Positions 22,211-36,342 are shown, counted from the stretch's first letter. The stretch is 64,000 bases of DNA from Perkinsela sp. CCAP 1560/9 (GCA_965644495.1 CBFFSA010000004.1:310001-374000); one strand, 5' to 3'. A program made the numbers and translations. Notes: a model not told the origin generated them from the sequence alone.

Positions 22211-23824
22211 TGTGAGGGTTGGTAGTCCTAATCTGGGCTTACCCAGAGAGGGTCCACCAACCCGTCATTATCACGGCGCTATAGACGCGCCATGGCAGGC
22301 CTGGCACCATGAAGGCCGGAAAAAAAAGGCACATTCATGGATACTCAGGCACATCCCACTGAAGGGGCCGACGACACGCAAGAAGTGGTCTCTCCAGCAT
22401 CCGAACAAGTCGAATGTCGAAAAGGCTTCAATACGCTGTCGGGAAACTCATCTAGAGAAAAATTAGGAAAACTAAAATAAATACTGTTACTATAGTAAAT
22501 AAATAAAGTTAGTAATAGTAAATACGAAACGAAATATTGCAACTGCAAACGTATAATTTATGCAGACACCGTGATACATGATTGAAGTTTGATACAGACA
22601 TCCTTTGAAAGGAAGGATACATACACGACAAGATGTGTATGAAGCCTCGCTCGCAATAATTTAACTTAACACTAATAAATTGAGGTACAGTGAGTCGTTG
22701 GTTCAATGAATGAAGCCGAGCACACCATCATTCTCGGAATCTTTATCACGTCTATTATTCGGACGACAACCCTACATATACACACGTTTAAACCACCAGA
22801 ATTATACAGAACTGTACTACTTCAACTAGTCTCTACTTGTATTACTAGGAATCTATGCTGAATTAGCATTCTTACTACTCTTACTAGCGGAACTACTCTA
22901 GGAAAGGCCGCTCCATTAAAACCTAGAAACCCTCCACTAAACGAGTAACTACGACTCAATCGCACTGGTCATTTAGGGTCCCACTAATTTACGCATCATC
23001 TAAGATGCAGGGATACCACACTTACAAAAGGTATGGCATATCAAAAACGCAAGTCAAAAGCGAGTCAGAGTCCACACGTGGAACTGTAGTCATCCAGACC
23101 GACACTGTATCCAACTGCCATGGCAATTCCACGAGAGGCAGTACCCTTGATGCGAGCGGTCATATTCTGTATCAAACGCCATATTCTCTATCAAATCAAC
23201 GTGACTGATTCAACGCTACACGCGGATCTACACTCCATGCGAGCGGATCTACGCTGCATCAAATCAGCATGAGTGACTCCACGCTGCTAAAACAGCGGCT
23301 CCACACTCCATGCGAGCGGCTCCACGCTGTGTCAAACAGCGGCTCCACGCTCCATCAAATCAGCATGAGTGGCTCCACGCTGCTAAAACAGCGGCTCCAC
23401 ACTCCATGCGAGCGGCACCACGCTGCGAGCGGTCATATTCTGTATCAAACGCCATATTCTCTATCAAATCAACATGACTGATTCAACGCTACACGCGGAT
23501 CTACACTCCATGCGAGCGGTTCGACGCTGCATCAAATCAGCATGAGTGGCTCCACGCTGCTAAAACAGCGGCTCCACACTCTATGCGAGCGGCTCCACGC
23601 TGTATCAAACAGCGGCTCCACGCTCTATCGAATCTGCTTGAATTCCGCCGAATTAGTTTTCGGATTTTGGTGCAGGCCGGGTTTCAAGCCCGGTGTCGTC
23701 AAAACATTTTTTTTTCTGGCCTTCATGGTGCCAGGCCTGCCATGGCGCGTATACTGCGCCGTGATAATGACGGGTTGGTGGACCCTCTCTGGGTAAGCCC
23801 AGATTAGGACTACCAACCCTCACA
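22211..23824. mobile_element. non-autonomous element with ~115-bp TIRs and TGT...ACA termini; internal hierarchical minisatellite
   Basis: 22211-22328 is the reverse complement of 23707-23824; gcggctccac repeats at 23150-23630. Confidence 0.8.
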
Positions 23825-23898
23825 TTATCACAACCTACGTATGCGCCTAGATACTGGTTCCAGGCCGGTGGGTGACAGGCATGCCTTTGGGGCTGTTG

Positions 23899-24068
<170 letters not shown>

Positions 24069-24762
24069 CTCTCTGTTTCTTTCTTTCTTTCCTTCCATCT
24101 ATCTTCCTCACACTTCGCTTCAATGATACTAGGTATCAACGAAGCGACGCCGGGCTTGGAACCGGTATCTAGCGTGTTTTCGTAGGTGGTGATAATGATA
24201 ATGTGGTTATGACAAGGCCTTATTATGATAAGGCCTTTCAAATAATTTTTGTTGATTAATTTATGTAGAAAAGCAATGAATGTTACTTGAATCCAAATAT
24301 CGGGTTTGGGCTTAAAGTTTGTAATTTTTTCTTTCGAATCTCTACAATTGAGTCGAGTACTTCATGGAATTCTTTCACCGTGCTCTGCCACACATTACCC
24401 AATCCCTTTATTTATGCACCCCCCCTTTAAGAGTTTATGCATCCCCCCTTTATTATGCACCCCCCTTTAATATGCACACGTTTTTGGAGTTTGTGCATAT
24501 TAAAGGGGGGGTGCATAATAAGGGGGGGGGGGATAAAAACAATTGCGCCGCTTATTTCCTCTCATAGTGTATAATTGGTCCTTGGAAATGCTGTTTTTGC
24601 TAATATTGGCGTTGTGTTGCGCCTTGTATTGCTTTATTGCGCTTTGTTGCTACTTTTCGCTCGACCATCTCTATAGCAAGAAATTTTCTATACCACTTCG
24701 TGCCAAGTTGAATGGCAAATGAAAAGCACGTAAAATGTTCTTTGCAATGTTTCAAGAGCGTT

Positions 24763-25160
24763 ACCCTAGATATTTAGTATCTTGTTATGTTGGCACCGGG
24801 CAAGCCTGCGTAAGCTCACGCGAAAGTTAGCTAGGGAGGTGGGGTGTGCCATGCCTCTGCACCTTAGGTAATGCAACAAGGTGCCCCTTGACCAAAAAAA
24901 TATTCTTGCTTTTGAGAATGAAAAAAAAGCACGTCACACATTCCAAAGATTAAGCTGAATGACACCCACCCTAGTTCCTTAATACCTTGTTATATTCGGT
25001 ACCGGGGGGTGCCATTCTCCTTCAGCGTTGTCTGGATGCCATCTACCCTAGTTTTTTGGTGTCTCGTTATGTTGGCACCGGGTAGTGTCATCTTCAAAAA
25101 AAGACTCTGAATCCAGCTCACCCTAGTTGTTTGGCGTCTTCTTATGTTGGCGCCGGGTGA
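24763..25160. repeat. degenerate ~76-bp period repeat (accctag...ttatgttggcaccggg)
   Basis: units start at 24763, 24968, 25045 and 25120. Confidence 0.7.
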
Positions 25161-26771
25161 TCTAGCTCGGGAAGCTGGGGTCGCTACGCCCCATCATTCG
25201 ACAAAAGTCGAATGCTCTGACATTGCCCTGATAAACTTTTAGGTATCCGAAGTGACTTTCCAAACAGAATAAAAAAAGGAAACAAATCAGTGAAAGTGAA
25301 GCAAATTTAGCCTTTTGTTTTTAAAGTGTTTATTTTGCCGATTTTTGTAATCATTTTTTTGGTTTTAAAGGATTTTTCTTGTACACCAATGCTTTGCCGG
25401 GGGTGTACGTGGTTTCCTTGCCGACGAGAGCTGACATTAGGCAAGGTTTCCCTTTGGACGGAAGTGGAATGCGTAGAGTGGTTGAAGTGACAAATTGGTT
25501 GCCCAGAAGGTTGTGTGTTACAAAACATTGCATAAAGCACCTAAGAATATGAAACTTGTTGAAGGGAAATGGAGGTGCAGCAAGAAATGCCACAGAAAGT
25601 ACGACGCACTAGGGCCCATGGTGCCCGGCCGAGCGCATAGGAGCGCGAAGCAAATGATTGGTACAAAAAAGACTAAATTTACTTCACTTTAACCAAAAAA
25701 TCAAATCAAATTTACCCAATCGGTCCCACTACACGAACTTACTTCAGCTTTAATTTCGTGCACTTTAAAGGGGGGGTCCCACTACACCAACTTTCCGCAG
25801 CCTGCATTTTGTGCATATTAAAGGGGCGTAAAGGGGGGGGGGTGCATATTAAAGGGGGGGTCACAATATTTCTCTTCATATTCACAAAATTAAATATCAG
25901 CTCTCTTTTGTACGCATGTGTTCTCTTCAATTTAAGAAAAAATGATCTTTTTAACTTTCGAGCCTTGGGGCACATGAGTGCACCATTACCCTGCGGAAGC
26001 ACCTACAGTGGTAAAAACTTCCTTCTGGGGGGATCTAAATTTTGCAAAAAATATCCAATTTTAGAGAAAAATATTGTAGTGCCGCTTGATAAGAAGTCGC
26101 GTTGTAGTCTCCAACTTCTTCTTTTTGTTGTTCAATTCCACGGCTCAAAATCTCTGAGAACAAAGAAATTCTCTGAGAACAAAGAACAGTTCTCGGAACA
26201 ACATAGTATGTAGATCATTCTAAAAACCGAATTTGGCGTTCGAAGCGGTTAAAACCGAAGTCTACGCAAAACCATCATGATTCAGAAGAAGTGAGTAAAA
26301 TGTGTTTCAAAGAGAAGTTGGTTCACTTTAGAGCGCGGGTCGAACACATTCTTTTTGCTTTCTTTTTGCATTCTTTCTTCCTAGTAATCCCCTAGTGCTC
26401 TCGTGAGGTAAAAATCTTGATCACAACCACGAATAGGGGGACCATAAAATAAGATTGTAAGGCCTTAAAAATATCCCCTCATAAGCAAAAAGTTATGAAC
26501 TCAATTAAATTATATCCAAACTGACAAAACAAAAAACTCTGTGCGCATTTCCAAATTTTTATAAGAAAACATGTAGAAAAGTATTCAAAAAAAGCGCAGT
26601 TTTTTTGGGCGAAAGTAAATAAATAAGGGGGGGTGCTGATTCATCGTCTGGATGAAAGTCGAACTACAAATATAAAGGGGGTTCACCCCCTGAAGGATAA
26701 AGGGGGCGGAGTGACAGTAGCAGCAAAGTTGAACTATATTTCGAAATAAAAAAATCAAATTACCCAGCAGC

Positions 26772-27584
26772 TCAGACAAAGAATTGGGGCATTGTAGGTT
26801 CATGTTGGATAATATTTGGTGGAATTTCGAGAAGCGAGTGCGGCATCAAGTATTCTTCAAACGAATTTCCCGATAGCAGTACTCGAGGCGGCGAGGCTCC
26901 ATTCCAATTCTCGCCTATAACAGGGGTTAAGTCGATAATCCCACTCAAGAGATTGTTGCTGAGTTCCAATTCATTCAAATTGACCGGTAATCCCATTAAG
27001 CTTGGCGTCCCCGAAAACTGATTATTGCTTAGATCAAGATTCGTAATCGAGGGAGGGAGATCTGAAAAATGTAATGCACCACTAAATCCATTACGGGATA
27101 GGTTCAGTATGCAAAGGAATTCGGGGAGATGACTCAAGTCCACCTCTCCGTCAAGATGATTTTCTTTTACATTAAAAACCAGCAAATTGGGAGGCAGATC
27201 ACCGAGAGGGAGCAATCCAGTCAGGAGACCGTGGTGCCCTGTGACATAGCATTGTAACAATGTCCGGGGTAAGTGCTCCCAACAAAGCGTACCGCGAAAT
27301 TTACTCGCGATGTGATCTTTATACCACGTGATGCTAATGATATTTTGCCGCGGATTACAAGCGACTCCTTTCCATGTACAGAGGGAAACTTCCCGGAGTT
27401 GTCCAAAGAAATTGCGTTTGGTAAGAACCCAGGAAGGGTGGCGTTCCGTGAGATTGCTGATAAGGGCTAACATGAGCTGATCTTGAGGGGTCAATAGTGC
27501 GGACACTTTACCTCGGCGCCCCGACGCGGGAAGTTGGGTATCGGAAGCGAGTACCACGTTGCAAAGCAGCATGACGTTCATCAT
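26772..27584 (-). CDS. leucine-rich repeat protein
   Basis: CTWKGVAC cap and LRRs; paralogue of 3338..4165. Confidence 0.92.
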   Translation of the reverse strand: MMNVMLLCNVVLASDTQLPASGRRGKVSALLTPQDQLMLALISNLTERHPSWVLTKRNFFGQLREVSLCTWKGVACNPRQNIISITWYKDHIASKFRGTLCWEHLPRTLLQCYVTGHHGLLTGLLPLGDLPPNLLVFNVKENHLDGEVDLSHLPEFLCILNLSRNGFSGALHFSDLPPSITNLDLSNNQFSGTPSLMGLPVNLNELELSNNLLSGIIDLTPVIGENWNGASPPRVLLSGNSFEEYLMPHSLLEIPPNIIQHEPTMPQFFV

Positions 27585-27693
27585 GATTCTTCAGGTATAA
27601 ATAAACAATTTTCATACAAATCGTTTGTATTAGTGTACTGATGGTACAAACGTTGTGCGTATTTTCTATAAAATATATTTGATAGATGGTACT

Positions 27694-28936
27694 TGAGGGG
27701 CTGCGGGTGGGGATTCGGTGCGGTCTCGGCGCGGTCTCGGTGCGGTGTGGCCACTTATCTCAGTGCAAGAACAGGAATGCGGAGTGTGGAATGGGTGAGG
27801 GGTGGGTGCAGGGGCGTAGAAGGCGAAGGCGTGGCTTCATGAATCCGAACATTATTGGAGAGGAAACCTCAATGAAATTTATGTAAGACTGCGACAGTAA
27901 TTCAACATTAACATACAGGGGTGGGCAAGAAAATGTGGGGGGGGGTCAAAATTTCTATAACATGGAGAATTTTTGAAAGCAGCACCGCATTCGAGAGCTC
28001 TCGCAGAGTTACGCGTCATGTGATAGTGCGTTTCCCGCATTTTTAAAGTTTAAAAAATTACAAAAAATATTGATTTTTCAAAGTGCGAAATTCTGCAGTT
28101 AGGCCACTTTTTCGCTTTTTCTTCTTCTTCCCGTCCTCCTTTTTATTTGACGGGCCAGAAAAGAGCTTTTTCAAATGACAGAAAACTACAGAAACGTGAC
28201 ATGGGCTGTTACAGTTCTTGTGGACAAATAAAAGTCTCTCATAGTATCTTCCAAGTAAAGCAAAATGGGGAAATTGATTCTTTTTCCGCCGCCGCACGCC
28301 AAGCAGGTTGTCCTGAGAAAATCGGTGGGAATTACATGTTGCACTACATTCAGACTTTGAATTATTAAAAGGAGAACAACATGGCGAGTTCTTAAGAGTT
28401 TTACGGAGCATGCCTAGGCGAATTATGATTGTACTTGAAAACAAATGAGGATCTTTGCGGATATTATTCCGTTTTTTAAATTTTTTTGAAATTGCAGTCC
28501 CTGCGATTTCATCCACTTTACTGCTGAGCTCTGCATTGCTTATCTCCAAACGTGGCCTGGAGAAAATGTCGGGCCTCTTCGTTAAGACCCGGACCGTCGA
28601 AGCCTTGATGACATCGAAGAGTTTGTCTTCGGCACTTGTCTCAGGCTCAAGAGCAGTCAATCGCTCTTGCAATGCGTCATTGCTCTCCATGGACATAAAA
28701 ATTTAGGAGAAAAGTTTACGGGAAAAGAGAAACGCACTGTTGTTAGTAGAAAGGATGAAAATGACCCAGACAAAGAAACAAAGGAAAATATAGCTAGAAG
28801 CGTACACCAACTCAGAAATTCCACATAAAAATAAGTAAACAAATGTAAACTTTTGACTGTTTTTTCTATTTCTCCCCACCGAAAATAGAAACCGCGGTCT
28901 CGGTGCGGTCTCGGTCGAAGTACCCGCAGCCCCTCA
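27694..28936. mobile_element. TIR element (TGAGGGGCTGCGGGT ends, cggtctcggtg subterminal repeats), possibly hAT-like
   Basis: 15-bp perfect TIRs; contains an unknown ORF 28058..28696(-) and a nested Tc1-type end. Confidence 0.7.
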
Positions 28937-29947
28937 CTTTTACTTTCGCTTCTGCTCCCGCGCTTCAAAGTTACTTGCCTCTGTGTGCCAACGACTTGTC
29001 AACAAAGAATAGGAAATCTTTTTATTCATACTAACAAAGCTTATTATTTTTTATGTCTGTGTAGTCCTTAATCACTCGTCAAGAGTGTTTGGGGAAATGC
29101 ATGAAAGTTACACCATTCACTATTCCTCGTGCAGGTCGCTCTAGGTTTTGTGTGTATTGTAAGTGGTGCCCCACTCCTGACGAAAAAAGGGATAGATGTG
29201 TGTTTTGCCTCGAGGACAGCGTTCTACAGGGCACTGAGTCTGCGTTCATTGTGGACAAAATCGAGTTGTTGAAGCATTTCCCCCTCACATTCAACAAAGT
29301 TTCGAAACGTTGAATATTGACGTCCCTGCTGCGCAAAAAACATCAAGTTCTTTTTATCTTCGATCTGTTGCTGGGTTTAGATTGACTTTCGTCCACATTG
29401 CCTACGTGTTAGTTGCATGTCAAAACGGCATAACATGGTCGGACTTATTACGGGATAGTTTAATCCCACCCCCACATTGTCTCTTAAATCTGTGGCTCAA
29501 TAGGGTATTTTTGGTTTTCACTAATTTTCAAGAATCTTCACGTGATTCTTGCATCAAGACTTCACGTGATATTTGCACAGACTCCATTGCTAAAAAAAAT
29601 TGAATCCTTCAGAGCTCAGGTGCCATCGGAGGATGTTGGTAATGTTCTTCCGAACAATGTCCGTACTCTCTACTGCGACATGCACAGATTGGAAGAACAT
29701 GTTTGGGGTGGTATTCGTAGTTCTGTCGATGAATACGATGTTTGCGGTATGGCCATCAATGCGGGGATCATTCGATTGCATCATGAGCATGTTCTTTTTG
29801 CAATCTCATAGATAGATGGCTGATGCCACCAATGTACCACCGAAAGTTTGAAGCTTTCAGCGGTAAAGATACTGCCGAAATTGTAGTCAGAGAAAAAGGA
29901 CCTCGGATTCGAAATGATTGGGTCGAAAAACGGTGGTATACCAAATA

Positions 29948-30277
29948 CAGTACCCCCCCGTTTATAATAGCCTCGCTTTTTCCCAAATGAACCTATAAAG
30001 GGGGGAGGGCGATGGAAGATTGAAAAATGGCACAGAAATCGCCCTACATTTGGGAGCGAGGGACCAGGAATTATTCAGTCGCTAAGTGGGCCCCGGCACT
30101 CTGCCAAAGTAAAATGTCCAGCACCACCCCGTGCCATACCTCGAAGAACCATGTGAAAATAAATATCAAAATACTTGAGACGGTGCAAGAAAATTTTAAA
30201 AAATCTTCCTCGGTTTGCCAAAAAAAGAACCTATAAGGGGGGGAGGGGTCGAGGCTATTATAAACAGGGGGGTACAG
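29948..30277. mobile_element. pogo-type MITE
   Basis: TA-flanked TIRs with GTTTATAATAGCCTC. Confidence 0.75.
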
Positions 30278-30889
30278 TATCTCCAAAGTCGGACAAAGTA
30301 CAAGACCTGTAGGGGGGTAAATATCGTTGCCCACCACTGTATTCGTCCGAATACCATAGTAAATTGCTGTAATGAAATGAATCGAATTGAATCGTTCGAT
30401 TTTTTTTGAAGTGCTGCACATGAGCACAGGAATCCCTTGTTTTGTTCACTCATTCGAAGTCGAAAAACCCATTTTTTCGACGTCGAAAGTCATTCGAAGA
30501 CGTCAAATTACAATTTTCGACGTCGAATGACAGCTACACGCATGTCGAATAGTATCAATACTTTATTCCCGGAGATTATTCCGTCCTTTAAAGAAAATTC
30601 CAACCTCCAATTGGAAAATTTTGAAACGCTCCAATTCGAATCCAATTGGAGTCCCAACTGTCATCATCACCCAAAAAATTGTCATATTTTGAAGAAACAA
30701 TTGTCAGAAATCCACGTAATTTTTTTACCTCTGCCCGGCGTTTCGTTTTGAGCTAAACTGAGCTAAACATAGCGGGAAACGCTCTACTTTTTTATTCTGC
30801 ACATTCTTAAAAAAAGGTGAGCTCTCAACTCCACCTGTACGAAAATTAAAGGGGCGACTGCTATCGATTAAGGGGTGTATACATGTATA

Positions 30890-32917
30890 CAGGGGGGGGT
30901 CACCAATTTCCGGGGGGGTCTAAAATTTGTGTCGTGTGAGCTTTTGACCTAATTCCTTCGTCATTCAACAGATCTTGAAATTCTAAGCTGTTTTGCGGTA
31001 TAAAAAGTCTCATAAAAAACCAAATCACTATATGAGAAATTTTTAAGGAAAAAGTAGGATTAAAATTCTGCAAATTATTCGAAATAAACCCCCGCTCACG
31101 AATAAGTGACCCCCCTCATTTTTAGTACAGGGGGGCGTCGGTGGGTTATCATACCACTTTTTCGTTCAAAATTTCGAGATCTGTACGTTTCCGCTGTTTT
31201 TAGCTCATTTTAAAATTTTAAAATTTAGTCAAAAAACATAATTGGTTTTTCAACTTTTTTTTCCAAAAATGACCAAATCACCATATCGGCTCCCAAAAGG
31301 GGGGCTTACGGATAGTGGTAAGGTTCTTTTGAAGATGAAACAGGCAGAAGGTGTTCCGATAAAACAATTATCCCGTCTCTAGAAGGATAATCAAAAAATA
31401 TCTGAACGAAAAAAAATCTAGCGGGGAATACACTTTGAGTCCTGTGACCATCTATTACAAGTGAGACATCCACAATGACACATCTATTACAAGAGAGACG
31501 TACATAGAAACATTAAAACAGGTAGATTTCCCCCCTAATAGTGTATTTCAACAGGATGGGGCACCGGCACATACTGCCCGTGCCTCCAAAGAGTATATTG
31601 AGAATCGAATGAGTGATGTTCTAAGAAACTGGCCCCCCAACTCGCCCGACCTTTCCCCCATAGAAAACGTCTGATCTATGGTCCAAGAGGCGGTAGACGA
31701 ACAAACGCCATCGGATAAACCTTCACTTATCCGATGTGTACGTGAAGCATGGTCTTCTTTAACTCAAAAAGTGATCGACAAAACAGTATTAAGTTTTGAT
31801 TCTCGACTTAAGGAGTGTATAAGATTGAAGGGCGAAAAAGTGACAAAATGGTAATTCTTCTCTAAATTGTGCGTATTCGTTTCTTTTTGTCTCATTTCTT
31901 CACGCGCAAAGTCCTTGTGTTGAGATCTGCAAAATGCAACAAAAATCAGCTCAAACGGACATTTGTACGAAAAAAAAGAGGGGGGTCACTTTTCGTGAGC
32001 GGGGGCTTATTACGAAAATTCATAATTTATGCTATATATTTGTTGATATTAGGAGAGATTCAGTCTACAAGTGTAACAAACTATTTATTTATGCCTAAAT
32101 CCCTTCGCCGACAGAGGCGCACACTTTCTACTCGACATTCTTCGTACCAGAAACGCATTATTTGCGTACATGAGGTAAAACAGGGGCGTTCCGTTACGGA
32201 AACTGCCTCCATGATGAAATGTTGCGAGGACACAGTGCATCGATGCGTCAAACAGCACCAAGAAAGTGGGGACGTATTGAGCAAAAGATACACTCGTGCC
32301 AATGCTACAGATAACGAGGAATTCAGAAAGATGATTTCTCTTATCGTGGATGGGGAAAATGAGAGGAGCCCAACTGGTTGTCCATCCTGGCGATGGGTTC
32401 ATCGACAGGTGGATCAAACACGGTTTCCATGCCCACTCTCATCCGTCAAAAGACCTTTAAAGAGGTGTGGGTATGTAAGTAAAAAAATGGTAAAAACACC
32501 CTACCTTACAACACAACACAAAGTAGCCCGCCTGGAATTGGCTGACCGTTTGGAAACCTTCACCCCTTATCAATACGCCCACATCTTATGGACAGAGGTA
32601 AAAAAAATTAAATGTGGTTTTTTTTCACGCAATATCTGGTACATTTCAAAAAAATCTAATTTGCCCCTGGAAGTACCAAAAGACGTAGAAAAATACTTTG
32701 GGGGAAAAGGGGTCCATATTTGGATGGCGGTAAGTCTTGAATGGGGGGTACCCAGAATCCATTGTTTTCATGAGTTTGCAGAAAATGAAACGGCTACGAA
32801 CGCAACCTTCCTTTCTGCGATGACAAAACGAAATAGATTCTTTAACTGGGTTAAAAGAAAGAAAAATGGACAGTTTTTACAAATTTTAGACCCCCCAGGT
32901 TCAAGTGCCACCCCCTG
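30890..32917 (+). mobile_element. Tc1/IS630-like element with truncated transposase (32091..~32880), hosting a nested element
   Basis: TA-flanked TIRs; HTH, KTPYLTTQHKVARL, ILWTE and IWMAVS motifs. Confidence 0.8.
31085..32009 (+). mobile_element. deleted Tc1-like element, copy 1
   Basis: TIRs AACCCCCGCTCACGAA; FQQDGAPAH...WPPNSPDLSPIENV* remnant. Confidence 0.88.
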
Positions 32918-32954
32918 TACATAATTTTTATATAATTTGTATAATTATTGTATA

Positions 32955-34256
32955 CTGTGACCCCCCCTTTAATATGGACACTTTTTCAGCTTTTGTCCAT
33001 AATAAGGGGGGGGGGGTGATGAAAAGGGTGTGGAAAAAAATTGGCGCCGCTTCGCGGTAATACATGGCCACGAATTACAAATGCATGGCCACGAGGGCGG
33101 GCTAGGATCCTACCAGGGCTAGGAACACCAGGGCTAGGAACACCAGGGGCAGACGACCTCGCGCCTACCCAGCCGTTGCCCTGCCAAGCTTTAAAGCAGT
33201 TCTCTACAGTCGTTAGAAAAAAATTGATGATTGCGACAGGCGAACGACCAGTGGTAAGAGTGCGTGCGGTTTTTCGTCGGAAAGACGAGCCCAACGAGCC
33301 CACGCAGATGGTGGAGCGAAAGATTCGGAAAGAAGGGCTGGAGCTGTGGGGTGTGTGGTCGGACGAGCCGGATAAGGAGTACCCCTTCCAGTTTAACGAG
33401 TTAAACTAAAAGGAACCGAACTACAACAAACAAAAAGAGTACAATTTGCTTTAAATTATGATCAGGAAACTGAGCGTGTCATATTTTCAGACGAAAAAAT
33501 ATTGGATACTAACAACCCAGGGTAAAGTGGACGAGGGAGATACCAATAGTGTAGGTGCGGCAGTTTCCACAGGAAAAACGGTATCTCCACCTTTTTCCTC
33601 TCCAACCATGTATCCGTGAATCCCGGTGTAAATCAAGTTCACTTTCCCTTGCGCTTTGCTGTTTCTTGTGACCTTTCCGGTGGAGACATTTAGGTCTGTC
33701 TTTCGGTCGAATGCCCAACCAACAGTGGATATTGCCCCAGCCTTACATCGAGAACTATTCCATATTTCGTGACTTGGGATCGGAAAATCTGTTGTAGGGT
33801 TGATAGTTTTTATTAGCTCTATTGTGTCGCAGCTCAAGACTGTGTCGTTGCTTTCGCATCTGTTTGGTGAAGTTGATGCCTGTGGGTTGAATGTTTCAGG
33901 TATGGAATCGTCTGCATGACACAAAATATGTTCCTGTTCGAAACATGCTCATTGTTCTTTGTTTTAGCCCGTTCCTGGGCGCGCAAATTTCTCTTGATGA
34001 GATCTTCAAAATGCAACAAAGTGGGAGGGTCACTTTTCGTGAGCCGGGGTTTATTAAACTTAGTTCGTTCCCTTTTCTTCTTTGTGTGATGTGAAAGCTG
34101 ACGAAATTCCCTAGCTACGGATACCCTAAAAAACTGAAAAAAGGACGAAAAAAAAGTGGCAGAAAAACTATGGCGCCGCTCCGCGGCGCCCGGTAGGATT
34201 TGTCCATAATAAAGGGGAGGATACCCCCTGTCCATATTAAAGGGGGGAGGTCACAG
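32955..34256. mobile_element. pogo-type non-autonomous element
   Basis: TA-flanked CTGTGACC..TTTAATATGGACA TIRs. Confidence 0.8.
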
Positions 34257-34809
34257 TATATTGGGGGAGATACTACTCCCTCGCTACCATAATATCAATA
34301 AATTTGGCCCGAAATTTGGCCCGGCAAAAAAAATTCCGGAAAACGTTTTTTCACAAAGAAACAAAGGCAGCACCATAAATAGATAATTTTAGGGAAAAAA
34401 CGCCCCTTTTGGACCACTCGAGACCCCCTTCTTCGGAAGTGATTTGCAAACCCGGTGAAACTGAACCAATATTCGCACTTTTCTCATTTCTGGTAAAAAA
34501 AGTTTATTTGAACTTTTTTCTGCCCCTTTTTTATGATGAATTGTGTTTGTGTACATTAAATTTATATAAACGGTGTGTTTTTTGAATTCGTTTGTACTTC
34601 TTTATCTTCTCACCTTTTAATGACGCGCACTGGATGCGTTAAGGTTCTCGTGTCGTTCAAGAAGTATCATTGGAAAAAAGTCCTCCAGGAGTGAGAATCA
34701 ATGTCTTAAAAGGATGCGAAAGCACTCTCCAGTGGCGCAGAAAGTGATATGTTACAAGAACCATTGAGATAATAGAAGAACCACAAATTATCTGCATGGA
34801 CTCTGGTCC

Positions 34810-35080
34810 GAATAGAACGTTCAAGAATCCTCTTCTCCAAACATCGAGAATCTTGCTTCAGGAAGTCGCATAAAAATTCTATCTGACACCCGTCACGATT
34901 TATCTCTACGCGAAAGTGTTAGCCACCAAAGACAGTGGATTACAACTGAAGGCGTGCACACGAGCACTATGGAGTGCGCTAACTCCATGGCCAAAAAGCG
35001 TCTGAAGCGGGACAGTATTGTTCCAGGTCGGAAGCTGAAAAAGAAGGGTACCGAATACAAGCATAAGCAGAGGTACGCAC
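34810..35080 (+). mobile_element. Merlin-like transposase fragment
   Basis: GSRIKILSD...VSHQRQWITTEGVHTSTMECANSMAK. Confidence 0.55.
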
Positions 35081-35301
35081 CGGAAGTTTTAAGTGTAATG
35101 GGGGTGATGCATTGTTTCAAGTTTTAGTAAATTTGAAGCAAGGCCGTGCATGAGTTCATTTGTAATAAGTAAGCATGTACAAGTTGAGAAAAGTTTAAAG
35201 TACGGGAAAAAAAGGATTTTTTTTGAAAATTTGTGAAATTGCGAATATTGGTTCAGTTTAACCGCAAACCCCAATTTATAAAGCAATTTAATAGAATATA
35301 A

Positions 35302-36219
35302 TAAACCCCCGCTCACGAAAAGTGACCCCCCTCTTTTTTTTCGTACAAATGTCCGTTTGAGCTGATTTTTGTTGCATTTTGCAGATCTCAACACAAGGAC
35401 TTTGCGCGTGAAGAAATGAGACAAAAAGAAACGAATACGCACAATTTAGAGAAGAATTACCATTTTGTCACTTTTTCGCCCTTCAATCTTATACACTCCT
35501 TAAGTCGAGAATCAAAACTTAATACTGTTTTGTCGATCACTTTTTGAGTTAAAGAAGACCATGCTTCACGTACACATCGGATAAGTGAAGGTTTATCCGA
35601 TGGCGTTTGTTCGTCTACCGCCTCTTGGACCATAGATCAGACGTTTTCTATGGGGGAAAGGTCGGGCGAGTTGGGGGGCCAGTTTCTTAGAACATCACTC
35701 ATTCGATTCTCAATATACTCTTTGGAGGCACGGGCAGTATGTGCCGGTGCCCCATCCTGTTGAAATACACTATTAGGGGGGAAATCTACCTGTTTTAATG
35801 TTTCTATGTACGTCTCTCTTGTAATAGATGTGTCATTGTGGATGTCTCACTTGTAATAGATGGTCACAGGACTCAAAGTGTATTCCCCGCTAGATTTTTT
35901 TTCGTTCAGATATTTTTTGATTATCCTTCTAGAGACGGGATAATTGTTTTATCGGAACACCTTCTGCCTGTTTCATCTTCAAAAGAACCTTACCACTATC
36001 CGTAAGCCCCCCTTTTGGGAGCCGATATGGTGATTTGGTCATTTTTGGAAAAAAAAGTTGAAAAACCAATTATGTTTTTTGACTAAATTTGAATATGAGC
36101 TAAAAACAGCGGGAACGTACAGATCTCGAAATTTTGAACGAAAAAGTGATATGATAACCCACCGACGCCCCCCTGTGCTAAAAATGAGGGGTGGTCACTT
36201 ATTCATGAGCGGGGGTTTA
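35302..36219 (-). mobile_element. deleted Tc1-like element, copy 2 (inverted, near-identical to 31085..32009)
   Basis: direct reverse-complement match including the same in-frame stop. Confidence 0.88.
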
Positions 36220-36342
36220 TATTCTATAATAGATAATATTCTATAGATCTATTCTATAATAGATAATATAAAGCAATTTAATATGCATATCAAATACCGA
36301 AAGAAGTAACAAAACTTAGTGATGTGGTCTCCTCTTTTAATA

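Noticed and set aside
23675-23700. tRNA-like T-arm ccgggtttcaagcccgg
   Set aside because: No cloverleaf or A box can be built upstream
24763-25160. CRISPR-like 38-bp repeats with ~37-bp spacers
   Set aside because: Spacers resemble each other and the minus strand reads as a decayed 25-aa repeat (PGANITR...TRV)
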